Origin: Clostridiales bacterium
Lineage (GTDB): Bacteria > Bacillota > Clostridia > Saccharofermentanales > Saccharofermentanaceae
NCBI GenBank assembly: GCA_017513085.1
Contig: JAFWDK010000010.1
Coordinates: 128,001-192,000, forward strand
DNA length: 64,000 nt
Direction: 5' to 3'
Of the stretch, positions 36,860-47,684 are shown in pieces; positions within the stretch are counted from its first letter, which is position 1, and each line of letters begins with the position of its first letter. Made by a program: the position numbers and the translations under genes. The notes beneath the pieces were generated by a model, which made no database searches, was not told the origin of the DNA, and saw only the letters and a list, made by a program, of their open reading frames with translations.

Positions 36860-38784
36860 ACGATTATTTTGTAGATAATTTTACCAAAGCACCTCGAGGG
36901 AAAAAGGCTATTGCCAGCCAGATCGGTTTTTGCCTGGTCACCACTCTTGTAATTTTGTTTGTTGTTTCTTCTTTGGTTACCAAGGTGTATGTTTCGGCGT
37001 TACAGTCTCAGAGAAAGACTGCATTGTCTTCCTATACGGCATCTTTGTCGGTAGCGCTTTCGCATAGGTCAATGTCTCCTGACATGGCTTTGCCATTAGC
37101 AGTTCCTCAGTATGATACGGATAAATCGTATATTGTTAATATTTATCAGAAGGCCGGAAATTCTTTCCTTCGCGTCTATACTTCTGACAAGTCTTATGAT
37201 GAGAGTAAGGAGTATGTTCTGAGCGGAGCAGGTGAGGAATACACAGAGGCTTTCGATAAGCAGGAACTGATCGTTTCCCGACGCAATGATTCGGGTACTC
37301 TTTATGTCACTTCAGTGGCACCGATCGTGAGCACGGACGGAACGATTGCAGGTATCGTCGAAGTCATGCAGCCACAGAGTGCTTTTGTCACCACAGTAAA
37401 CGGTATGTCCCTTTCATGGCTCTTTACGATCATTTCCATTGCTGTAGCCATTACGATCATCTACGGAGAGATGAGAAGCCTTCTCGATGCGTTGATCAAA
37501 GAACCGGATAAGCGGGTTCCGAAGATCGTCAGCTATGGTTTCTCAACATTCCGTCTTATTGCTTTCTTTTCAAGTATCGGATGCTCGATCCCTCTGATCG
37601 TTCTGTGCTCATATTTGAAGGATTCTTTGCGTGATTATACGGATAACCATATGGTGGTCCAGATATGGATCATCCTCGCTGTATTTATGTTCCTGCTTGG
37701 TTTCTGGAGATTCTCACGTTTGAGAGATTTTATCATCAGAAAATTCACGGCAAGGATCGCTGTAATCATTTCTGTAGTCAGTGCGTTCCTGCTTCTGTTG
37801 ATCTGCGGTGTTGTGGATATTCCTTTTGTGACGATCTTCCTGCAGTTCCCGATCGGTTTTTTCCTGGGTATGCTTTTCCAGTTTCAGAGAGAATACCGTC
37901 TTTTTGCTTCCCGTTGTGGTCAGGCAGAGTATACGGAGACGAAGATCCATCAGACACAATATGCCGGCTATGTTCTTGGCGCAATCGTCGGTGCCGTTAT
38001 CGGTGGCATCCTTTACGAGAGATTCGGACTGTTTGTAGTACTAATGGTCTCATCCTTCTTCCTGTTTGTGGATGCGATCCAGGTACTGTACTTTGTCCGT
38101 CACTGTCCTCCGTCCAATGAGCCGGTCATCCGCTTGCCGAATTTCTTCTATGCTTTGAAAAATTCCAAGTCCGGAACCTTTGTATGGAGTACGGTTTTCC
38201 CGTTGGGCGTGCATTTCTCGTTTTTCCTGGTATTCATTCCGGATTATCTTGAGCGTGTGCGTATTTCTTTGGCAACACTTTCTTTCTACTATATTGTCTG
38301 CATTGTTGGCGGACAGATCGTATTGAAGCTTCTTACGATCTGGTTTGAGGATTTCTTTACGGCACAGACAAGGATCACTTTACAGGCTATCCTTGCTGCT
38401 GTGGGATATCTCATCTTTGCTTTGTCGCCATCCGCTAAGACACTTGTGATCTGTGTAGCTTTCCTGGGACTTTCTTTGGGTCTGCACGAATTCGGATACC
38501 TGGATTACTACAAATCCTTGATCCGTCAAGACAAGCATCCTGTAGCCAGAGTTGTCCTGATGAGAGCTTTTACAGGTGGTTCACTGATCGGCGCGATCAT
38601 TTTCGGATTTGTGAATCAATTCGAAAATATCCGAGTCGTGATGGTTGCAGTAACGTTGATCCTGCTTGTTATTTCTGCTTCGTATCCGCTCCTGATGCTG
38701 ATGGATAATTCGGCGCAGAATCAAAAGAAACGCAATTCCGGCAATCGTCCGCGTCTGCCGGAGAACGACAGCGAGGAGGTTTGA
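36856..38784 (+). CDS. Cache-like sensor domain fused to an MFS-like 12-TM domain
   Basis: TM, then TSVAPIVSTDGTIAGIVEV, TM, then about 12 TMs including GAIVGAVIGGILYERFG; ATGA overlap with the upstream gene. Confidence 0.65.
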   Translation: MNDYFVDNFTKAPRGKKAIASQIGFCLVTTLVILFVVSSLVTKVYVSALQSQRKTALSSYTASLSVALSHRSMSPDMALPLAVPQYDTDKSYIVNIYQKAGNSFLRVYTSDKSYDESKEYVLSGAGEEYTEAFDKQELIVSRRNDSGTLYVTSVAPIVSTDGTIAGIVEVMQPQSAFVTTVNGMSLSWLFTIISIAVAITIIYGEMRSLLDALIKEPDKRVPKIVSYGFSTFRLIAFFSSIGCSIPLIVLCSYLKDSLRDYTDNHMVVQIWIILAVFMFLLGFWRFSRLRDFIIRKFTARIAVIISVVSAFLLLLICGVVDIPFVTIFLQFPIGFFLGMLFQFQREYRLFASRCGQAEYTETKIHQTQYAGYVLGAIVGAVIGGILYERFGLFVVLMVSSFFLFVDAIQVLYFVRHCPPSNEPVIRLPNFFYALKNSKSGTFVWSTVFPLGVHFSFFLVFIPDYLERVRISLATLSFYYIVCIVGGQIVLKLLTIWFEDFFTAQTRITLQAILAAVGYLIFALSPSAKTLVICVAFLGLSLGLHEFGYLDYYKSLIRQDKHPVARVVLMRAFTGGSLIGAIIFGFVNQFENIRVVMVAVTLILLVISASYPLLMLMDNSAQNQKKRNSGNRPRLPENDSEEV

Positions 38785-39530
38785 GATTCATGGATATGTG
38801 GAATCAAAAATTGAATCGTGAGAACATAGAACAGTTCTATGATATGTACGCCGCTTTTGCATATAAGTGCGCATACAAGAATCTTCGTGATACGACTCGT
38901 GCTGAAATGTGTGTAGTGGAAGCTTTTATCGATACCTATCACAAGAGAGCAAAACTTGACGAGGAGAATGTGATATACTTTTTCTCCGATGCGCTTCAGC
39001 TACATATTAATGAAATGGCGGCAAAATACCCGGTTGCGAACGAATCTGCTGCTGTTTCCAAGTCTTTGGATGAGTATACGGCTTCAACGATGAAGCAAGA
39101 GATCCTGGAGAAGATCGATTCTCCGAAATTCCGTATCGCGGAATTTGTTTCTGCGACCCCGGATAATCGTATACGAAGAAGAACCCCGATCATGGAATTC
39201 ATGCAGAATTCCGGTATTACGATCATTCTTCTTATCAAGCTTGTTGTGTTGGCGATCGTGATTGCCGTGGCGACATACTTTGCCGGCACGACGCTTTTCC
39301 ATGGTTCGGATTATGTGGTGAGCAATACGATGAAGGACTCCAAAAAACTTGAGGAGAATATTGTCAGCGCGCTAGATTATCTCCCGGTATCGATCAATGG
39401 ATATAAGACTGAAGAAGGCGAGAAGAGTCAGGAAACTTCTCAGGAGAGTCAGACGACCGAGTCCCAAGATACATCTTCTGAAACCGCTGAAACGACTAAG
39501 GATACCGAGCCTTCTGCTACGCGTGGTTGA
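38781..39530 (+). CDS. Membrane-anchored protein with an N-terminal ECF sigma region-2-like domain (no region 4)
   Basis: IEQFYDMYAAFAYKCAYKNLRDTTRAEMCVVEAF matches the sigma70_r2 pattern; single TM; S/T/E-rich tail; TTGA overlap with the upstream stop. Confidence 0.55.
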   Translation: MRFMDMWNQKLNRENIEQFYDMYAAFAYKCAYKNLRDTTRAEMCVVEAFIDTYHKRAKLDEENVIYFFSDALQLHINEMAAKYPVANESAAVSKSLDEYTASTMKQEILEKIDSPKFRIAEFVSATPDNRIRRRTPIMEFMQNSGITIILLIKLVVLAIVIAVATYFAGTTLFHGSDYVVSNTMKDSKKLEENIVSALDYLPVSINGYKTEEGEKSQETSQESQTTESQDTSSETAETTKDTEPSATRG

Positions 39531-39644
39531 GTTTTGTAATATTTCAATTTTGTAATATTCAGCCGAAAAACAAGACGATTTGCCAAATATGGATTAAAAT
39601 AATAAGATGTCAATCAATAAGATGAGTTGAAGGAAAAAGGAAAA

Positions 39645-40868
39645 ATGAAGTCTGAAAAAGAAAATACAATTCCAAATGAGGAAAGCCAGATAGTGGTTTC
39701 CCGAGTTAATTCAAAAGGGAAGAAAGTTAAAATCAAGAAACCGAAAGAAAAAAAGCCTTGGACCGGAAAGCGCGTGTTGAAGAAGATCGTACTTCCTATC
39801 GTTCTTGTTCTGGCTATAATTGTAGGCGGACTCTATATCGGATTTGTAGTATATAAGAACTACCTGTTTGGAAAGATCACATTCCTGCCGAAGGAAGAAA
39901 ATCCGACATTTGTTAATGAAGATGGCTCTGTGGTGGCTCTCTCCGAGTTTACTCATGCGACGGAACACCCGCCGGTCGAGGAGGAGGGAATCCATAATTT
40001 CCTTCTGATCGGTATCGACAGCCGCTCTAAGAATTATAGCAAGAATGGCGCAGGTAATCTTGCTGACGTTATCATGGTCCTGAGTGCGGATGAAGACAAA
40101 GGGACGATCAAGCTGATCACGATCCAGCGAGACTCTTATGTTTATATTCCTGGTTATACAAAACCACGTAAGATCAATGCCGCGATGACATATGGCGGAC
40201 CGACACTTCTTTCTAAAGTAGTTGAGGAACATTTACGTATCAAGCTCGAGGGATTTGCTTACGTAAACTTCTATAATATGGAGAAAGTGATCGATGCGGT
40301 CGGAGGTATTGATATCGAGGTCACAAGAAATGAAGTGTTTACAGCTGAAGGCGGACTTAATGCGCTGCTTCGTGAGCAGAACCACATTCTTGGTGAACCG
40401 GATGAGACGTATGTATTGAATGAATACGGTATGCTCCATCTGAATGGACGTCAAGCCGTAGCATACAGCCGTATCCGTAAGGTCGGTAACGGTGACTATG
40501 GCCGTTCACAGCGTCAGGTCAAAGTATTGAATGAATTGCTTGCACGCTATATGGGCATGAGTACGACTGGTAAAGTATCTGCTTTGGGCAGTATTCTTGA
40601 GATGGTTGCGACAGACCTTACCCAGAGTGAGATCGAGAAGTATGCTTTTGATTTTCTGCCGAAGGTTCGCGACCTGAAACTCGAAACACTTGGTGTACCG
40701 ATGGAAGGTTATGCGAAGGAGATCAACGATGCAGAATGGAGCTTGCGTCCGGATTGGAACGGAATTATTCCGCAGGTTCAGAAGTTCTTCTACGGAGAGA
40801 CGTTCGCTTTCGATAAGGTTCCGGAGATCCCGCTTGCTCCTCATCATGACTCTGAATCAGATTCCTGA
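39645..40868 (+). CDS. LCP (LytR-CpsA-Psr) family wall-polymer ligase
   Basis: N-terminal TM; NFLLIGIDSR, DVIMV, IQRDSYV, KINAA, LNGRQAVAYSRIR, DYGRSQRQ. Confidence 0.9.
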   Translation: MKSEKENTIPNEESQIVVSRVNSKGKKVKIKKPKEKKPWTGKRVLKKIVLPIVLVLAIIVGGLYIGFVVYKNYLFGKITFLPKEENPTFVNEDGSVVALSEFTHATEHPPVEEEGIHNFLLIGIDSRSKNYSKNGAGNLADVIMVLSADEDKGTIKLITIQRDSYVYIPGYTKPRKINAAMTYGGPTLLSKVVEEHLRIKLEGFAYVNFYNMEKVIDAVGGIDIEVTRNEVFTAEGGLNALLREQNHILGEPDETYVLNEYGMLHLNGRQAVAYSRIRKVGNGDYGRSQRQVKVLNELLARYMGMSTTGKVSALGSILEMVATDLTQSEIEKYAFDFLPKVRDLKLETLGVPMEGYAKEINDAEWSLRPDWNGIIPQVQKFFYGETFAFDKVPEIPLAPHHDSESDS

Positions 40869-40898
40869 TAAAGTTTTTGTTTTTGTCTTTCTTTGATA

Positions 40899-40926
40899 TT
40901 GACATCTGTTAATTCAATGGTATAGT
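40899..40926 (+). promoter_or_regulatory. Sigma-A promoter of groESL
   Basis: TTGACA-16 nt-TATAGT with an extended -10 TG. Confidence 0.75.
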
Positions 40927-40938
40927 AGTAAGTGAAAT

Positions 40939-40965
40939 TTAGCACTCGTGGACTGCGAGTGCTAA
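40939..40965. promoter_or_regulatory. CIRCE element (HrcA operator)
   Basis: Exact TTAGCACTC-N9-GAGTGCTAA between the promoter and groES. Confidence 0.97.
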
Positions 40966-40984
40966 ATAAACTTTTTGGAGGTGA

Positions 40985-41275
<291 letters not shown>

Positions 41276-41298
41276 TTTTTGCGCTTGATAGGAGGTAG

Positions 41299-42921
<1,623 letters not shown>

Positions 42922-42945
42922 TCCTTTTGAATCTGCTATTATATG

Positions 42946-42986
42946 GAGGTCATGGTGGTTATGTCACCATGACCTCTATTTGTTTT
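42946..42986 (+). terminator. Intrinsic terminator after groEL
   Basis: GAGGTCATGGTG/CACCATGACCTC stem followed by a T-rich tail. Confidence 0.75.
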
Positions 42987-43000
42987 ATTGAGGTGAAGAT

Positions 43001-43573
43001 ATGCTTTATAACGATGTGCACGTTGAGCAGGTTGTGAAGAGAGAGTTAACTTCCAAAGATAAATTGTTCCGTGTATTACTGATCATTCTGGCTGTATTTG
43101 CCGGTCTGGTCGTGAATATCGTTCCGCTTCTTTTCGGAATCGGTTATCTGTTTTTGTTTACCGGGGCCCTTACCTGCGGAATCGGTTTTTTCTGCTACTA
43201 TTCTTTGACAGGATTAAAAAAGGAATACGAGTATTCACTCGTGAATGATTCCTTTTCCATAGACGTGATCAAGAATAAAAGAAGAAGATTGGAACTTTTT
43301 TCCGGCTCGGTACATGAATTTGAGATGGTAGCAAAGAAAGATGACGACCGTCATCCTTATAGCGAGTTCAATAAAGATAATGTGCTTCATGCTAATTGCA
43401 CATCAGGGACAGCACCGGATAATGAGTGGTATATTGCGACGAAAATGGGACAATCCAAGGTTCTGATCACTATCGAGCCTCAGGAGAAGCTCTTGAATGC
43501 CATTTACAGACAGAATCCGAGAAATACCATGTATCGTCCCGGTAAGAGTGTAGGAACAAAGAAAGCGGAATAA
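43001..43573 (+). CDS. Conserved clostridial two-TM protein (DUF6106-like)
   Basis: EQVVKR, two TMs, EYEYSLVN..FSIDVI..KRRR, ITIEP, NPR. Confidence 0.6.
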   Translation: MLYNDVHVEQVVKRELTSKDKLFRVLLIILAVFAGLVVNIVPLLFGIGYLFLFTGALTCGIGFFCYYSLTGLKKEYEYSLVNDSFSIDVIKNKRRRLELFSGSVHEFEMVAKKDDDRHPYSEFNKDNVLHANCTSGTAPDNEWYIATKMGQSKVLITIEPQEKLLNAIYRQNPRNTMYRPGKSVGTKKAE

Positions 43574-43574
43574 G

Positions 43575-44321
43575 ATGCACTATATTGAAGAAGAGAATTT
43601 GTATGAATTTGCGATAATCGGTCCGGAAACAGATATTCATGACAGGCTGCATTATCATTCATTATTTGCCATGCTCCAGGAAGCCGCATGTCTGGATGTT
43701 GACCGCCATGGTTTTGGCGCAGACGTGATGGATCGCTTGGAGGCATGCTGGCTTGTACTTCGTATGAAAGTCAACATGACACGCATACCTAAGTGGAAAG
43801 ACAAGATCTATATCCGTACATGGTCCTGTGGATTCCAGCGAGTGTTTTTTAATCGTGATTTTGACATTTTTGACTCGGATAAGAATAAGATCGGTGAAGT
43901 AACATCCGTGTGGGTCATTGCGCATCATGGAGATCATCATCCGGTACGCCCGCAGACAATTCCGGGAATGGAAATGTATGAGAGTGCAAAACCGTCCGAT
44001 AGAAAAGTCGGTAAGATCACGCCGATATCTCTTTCGGAGACGGATGCAAAGCCGATCCTTAAGAAATATGCGGATTTCAGTGATATTGACCGGAATATGC
44101 ATGTCAATAACACACGTTATGTAGCGTGGAGCCTCGATGCTTTTTATAAAGAGATGGCGCATGATTTTGAAATCAAAGAATTGTCGATCAATTACTCTTC
44201 TGAAGTTAAACCTGATGAAGAAGTACTTATCTACCGCACACAAAAGGAGAATTCCGTACAAGTTGACGGGTTTGAAGTAAAGAGCGGCCGCCATGTGTTC
44301 TCTACGGAGATCTTATGTTAA
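43575..44321 (+). CDS. Acyl-ACP thioesterase
   Basis: MLQEAA, WLVLR, FNRDF, SDIDRNMHVNNTRY, INY..E. Confidence 0.9.
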   Translation: MHYIEEENLYEFAIIGPETDIHDRLHYHSLFAMLQEAACLDVDRHGFGADVMDRLEACWLVLRMKVNMTRIPKWKDKIYIRTWSCGFQRVFFNRDFDIFDSDKNKIGEVTSVWVIAHHGDHHPVRPQTIPGMEMYESAKPSDRKVGKITPISLSETDAKPILKKYADFSDIDRNMHVNNTRYVAWSLDAFYKEMAHDFEIKELSINYSSEVKPDEEVLIYRTQKENSVQVDGFEVKSGRHVFSTEILC

Positions 44322-44412
44322 TAAGAATTTAGCATTTTTTCCGTAAAGACTTTATCGCAGACGGTATTTAAGGTAAAATATTTGAGCAAAGATCATACGG
44401 AGGAAACGTTGA

Positions 44413-45348
44413 ATGATAGAGATTTCCAATCTAGTCAAGTATTATGGCGACAAGCGCGCGGTTTCCGGCATTTCTTTTACAGTTAATCAAGGGGAGATAC
44501 TTGGATTTCTCGGACCGAATGGTGCAGGAAAGTCCACGACTCTGAATATCATTTCCGGTTATCTTTCTGCAACGAGCGGAAAAGTGACTATTAACGGATA
44601 CGATATCCTCGAAGAACCGGAGCTGGCCAAGAAGAATATCGGCTACCTTCCTGAGATTCCACCTTTGTTTACGGATATGACTGTTATGGAATATCTGACT
44701 TATGTCAGTGAATTGAAGCAGGTCCCGAAGACGATCCGTAAAAAGCAGATTTCCGATATTATGAAAATGGTGCATATCGGTAATGTTTCCGGACGATTGA
44801 TCCACAATCTTTCCAAGGGTTTCCGTCAGCGTGTCGGAATTGCACAGGCATTGATCGGTAATCCTGAAGTTTTGATCTTGGATGAACCTACGGTAGGTCT
44901 CGATCCGAATCAAGTGATCGAGATGAGAAAACTGATCGTATCTCTTTCTAAGAATCACACTATCATTTTCAGTTCGCATATTCTTTCCGAAGTACAGGCG
45001 ATCTGTGATCGTATCGTGATCATTCATCAGGGTAAGATCGCGGCGGATTCTCCGACGCTGGAGTTGACCGCACAGATCGAGGGGCGTGCACATTACCTTT
45101 TGACAGTGGAGGCCTCTTTCAATTCCATCCAGATGCCTCTTCGTGCCATTCCCGGCGTGCAGAACGTCGCGCTTCTGTCTGAGCGCAACGGCTTGATTCA
45201 GATCGAAGTGATTGCAGATGGTGATCTCGATGTGAGAAAGTCCATCTTTTACACTTTGGCTAAGGCCAATACTCCGATCCTGGAATTCAGATCTGCATCG
45301 GCGTCCCTGGAAGATATTTTTACCAGCATTACATCGCCAAAGAAGTGA
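44413..45348 (+). CDS. ABC transporter ATP-binding protein (GldA-like)
   Basis: GPNGAGKST, LSKGFRQRVG, ILDEPTVGLDP, SSHIL. Confidence 0.92.
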   Translation: MIEISNLVKYYGDKRAVSGISFTVNQGEILGFLGPNGAGKSTTLNIISGYLSATSGKVTINGYDILEEPELAKKNIGYLPEIPPLFTDMTVMEYLTYVSELKQVPKTIRKKQISDIMKMVHIGNVSGRLIHNLSKGFRQRVGIAQALIGNPEVLILDEPTVGLDPNQVIEMRKLIVSLSKNHTIIFSSHILSEVQAICDRIVIIHQGKIAADSPTLELTAQIEGRAHYLLTVEASFNSIQMPLRAIPGVQNVALLSERNGLIQIEVIADGDLDVRKSIFYTLAKANTPILEFRSASASLEDIFTSITSPKK

Positions 45349-45359
45349 GGGTTAACACG

Positions 45360-46142
45360 ATGATTGCAGTATTTAAACGAGAGTTTCTTTCATATTTCCG
45401 CACGCCTGTCGGATGGGTCGCCATCTGTCTTCTTGGCGCAATCAGCGGCTACTATTTTTCCGGAATGCTGGCTTATTCCATGTCTTATGTGAATCTTGCC
45501 ATGGAGATCAATTATCTTCGCACATTCTTTGTTATACTCATACCGATCATTACAATGAGACTGTTTTCGGAAGAGAAGAAGAACGGTACGGAAGTCCTTC
45601 TTTACACGATGCCTTACTCCATGAAAGGCGTGGTGATCGGCAAGTTCCTGGCAGCTTTTGCGCTTCAGTTCATGATGCTGATCAGTGTTTTCAGTCACAT
45701 GATCATTACAGTGATCTGCGATGGTACGATCAATATGGCGACATGGGGCTCGATATTCGGATATCTGGTCCTTGCGGCGCTGTTTATATCCGTCGGTATG
45801 CTTACCTCGGCACTTACCGAGAATCAGATCATGTCCGCCGTTGTGTGCTTTGTCATTATTCTCATCTTTGAGAGAATGGCGTCGATAGCAGAGTCTCTGT
45901 CCAGCATTTTTAAGGCTTTCTTGAAGATCACGAATCTGTTCGGACTCTCGGATGCTTCGATTTATAACGCCGGAGAAGCTGTACGTTCGGGGATTTCCTG
46001 GCTTGATCCGTATTCGAAAACGTCTTGCTATACATCAGGTGTGTTTAAGGTCATCCCGATCATCTACTGCCTGTCATTTACCGCACTTTTTATGTTTATC
46101 ACTTACCGCGTTTTAGAAAAGAAACGCTGGAGTCCGAACTGA
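45360..46142 (+). CDS. ABC-2 permease (GldF-like)
   Basis: FKREFLSYFRTP, ITMRLFSEEKKNGT, VIGKFLA, SALTENQI. Confidence 0.88.
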   Translation: MIAVFKREFLSYFRTPVGWVAICLLGAISGYYFSGMLAYSMSYVNLAMEINYLRTFFVILIPIITMRLFSEEKKNGTEVLLYTMPYSMKGVVIGKFLAAFALQFMMLISVFSHMIITVICDGTINMATWGSIFGYLVLAALFISVGMLTSALTENQIMSAVVCFVIILIFERMASIAESLSSIFKAFLKITNLFGLSDASIYNAGEAVRSGISWLDPYSKTSCYTSGVFKVIPIIYCLSFTALFMFITYRVLEKKRWSPN

Positions 46143-46158
46143 GGAAGGGGGCGATCAT

Positions 46159-47676
46159 ATGGCAAAAAAATCAGCAAGAGAGCATATTCTCGAAGAAAAA
46201 ACCGTTAAGTCTCCCAGAGTCAAGGTCGCATCGGATGAGCGGATCAAGTCGCTTAGGACCATGTCTTTCCTATCTATTCTGATCATCGTTCTGATCTGCT
46301 TTGTATTCAATATTCTTTTGGATGTTACTCTGGACAAAGCACTTACTTTTGACGCGACTTCCGTAAAGATCAATACCGTTGGTACCTATACTAAGAATAT
46401 TCTGAAGAATATGGACAAAAAGGTTGAGATATACGGCCTTTTCGACAAAAATGACATGTCGTTGGAGTGGAGGGACTATCTTATCCCGATCCTGGATGAT
46501 TATGAGTCCAAAGCGGATGGAAAGATCACGCTTTCTTATATTGATCCGGATTCCAATCCGTTTATTATCAGAGAACTTGACCCGGATGGTCTTTATGGGG
46601 CAGCGAAGAAAAAGTATGTGATCAAGTGTGAAGACCGCTTGGTTTGTGTGGATCCGTATAACTGTCTGAATTATGATCAGGGGATCGCCAGCACTTCCGG
46701 CGTATATGTTTTGACCGGAAACGACGTAGAGTTCTATTTCACCGGTTACATCCAGTATATTACTTCCGATGATCCGCTTCAAGCTTTCTATCTGACAGGA
46801 CACGGAGAGACGATGGAGCATACCAATTTGGATACAATACTGGTTTCCCTTGGCATTAAGACGGAAACTTTAAATCTGTCCGGTGTTGGAAGTTCGATTC
46901 CGAATCAGTGCGATCTTATTGCGATACTGCAGCCTAAACAAGACATTTCCGAAGCAGAGAGAGATATTCTGAAGCTTTATCTGCAGAATGGAGGAAAGAT
47001 CCTTCTGGTCAATGATTTTAACGAGAATCAGAACGTGGAATACACCAACCTGAATCTTCTTTGCCACCAGATGGGTATTTCACTTGAAGCGGGATTGATT
47101 CATGAAAATGATTCCTCTTGCCTGATTCAAAGTGATAATCCTTATATTTCCTGGGGACATTTGAATACAGATTATGCAACTGAAGGGTACGCGTGGTCTG
47201 CCTATTACACTTCGTACAATCGTTATCTGAGTGTTTTTGCGGACAAGCCGGACACTATCTCCGTTTATCCGTTGCTGACTACTTCAGAGAGCGCTACTGT
47301 TGAGTTTAAGAATATGAACATCAGTGATGCAATTTCGCAAGGAACCTATCCGATCGTTTTGAAGGGCGTGGATACTTCCGAGAAGAGCGGAGCGCTTCTG
47401 GTATATGCGACTTCCAGCCTGACTTCTGACGAATATTACGGCATGAAGACACTGAATGATCCGAATGCTGAATTTGTTCGTCAAAGCATCGGCACGATCT
47501 GTCAGAGAAGCGTGAATAATGTTCAGATTCCGGTCAAGACAATTCCAAACTATGCACTTGGCAGACCTCTTTCGAGCAATGAGGTTACGATGTGGTCTAT
47601 TGTTGTCATGACGATCATTCCTGTAGGATGCCTGATCTGCGGTTTCTATATATATAAGAAGAGACGTCACCTTTAA
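46159..47676 (+). CDS. GldG family ABC auxiliary protein
   Basis: TM, FDATS, YIDPDSNP, FYLTGHGE, PKQDIS..E..L..YLQNGG, C-terminal TM ending KKRRHL. Confidence 0.82.
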   Translation: MAKKSAREHILEEKTVKSPRVKVASDERIKSLRTMSFLSILIIVLICFVFNILLDVTLDKALTFDATSVKINTVGTYTKNILKNMDKKVEIYGLFDKNDMSLEWRDYLIPILDDYESKADGKITLSYIDPDSNPFIIRELDPDGLYGAAKKKYVIKCEDRLVCVDPYNCLNYDQGIASTSGVYVLTGNDVEFYFTGYIQYITSDDPLQAFYLTGHGETMEHTNLDTILVSLGIKTETLNLSGVGSSIPNQCDLIAILQPKQDISEAERDILKLYLQNGGKILLVNDFNENQNVEYTNLNLLCHQMGISLEAGLIHENDSSCLIQSDNPYISWGHLNTDYATEGYAWSAYYTSYNRYLSVFADKPDTISVYPLLTTSESATVEFKNMNISDAISQGTYPIVLKGVDTSEKSGALLVYATSSLTSDEYYGMKTLNDPNAEFVRQSIGTICQRSVNNVQIPVKTIPNYALGRPLSSNEVTMWSIVVMTIIPVGCLICGFYIYKKRRHL

Positions 47677-47684
47677 GACGGAGG

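Noticed and set aside
36050-39530. Genomic island integrated at the tRNA 3' end
   Set aside because: No integrase, no duplicated tRNA 3' fragment noticed downstream, and codon style resembles the flanking genes.
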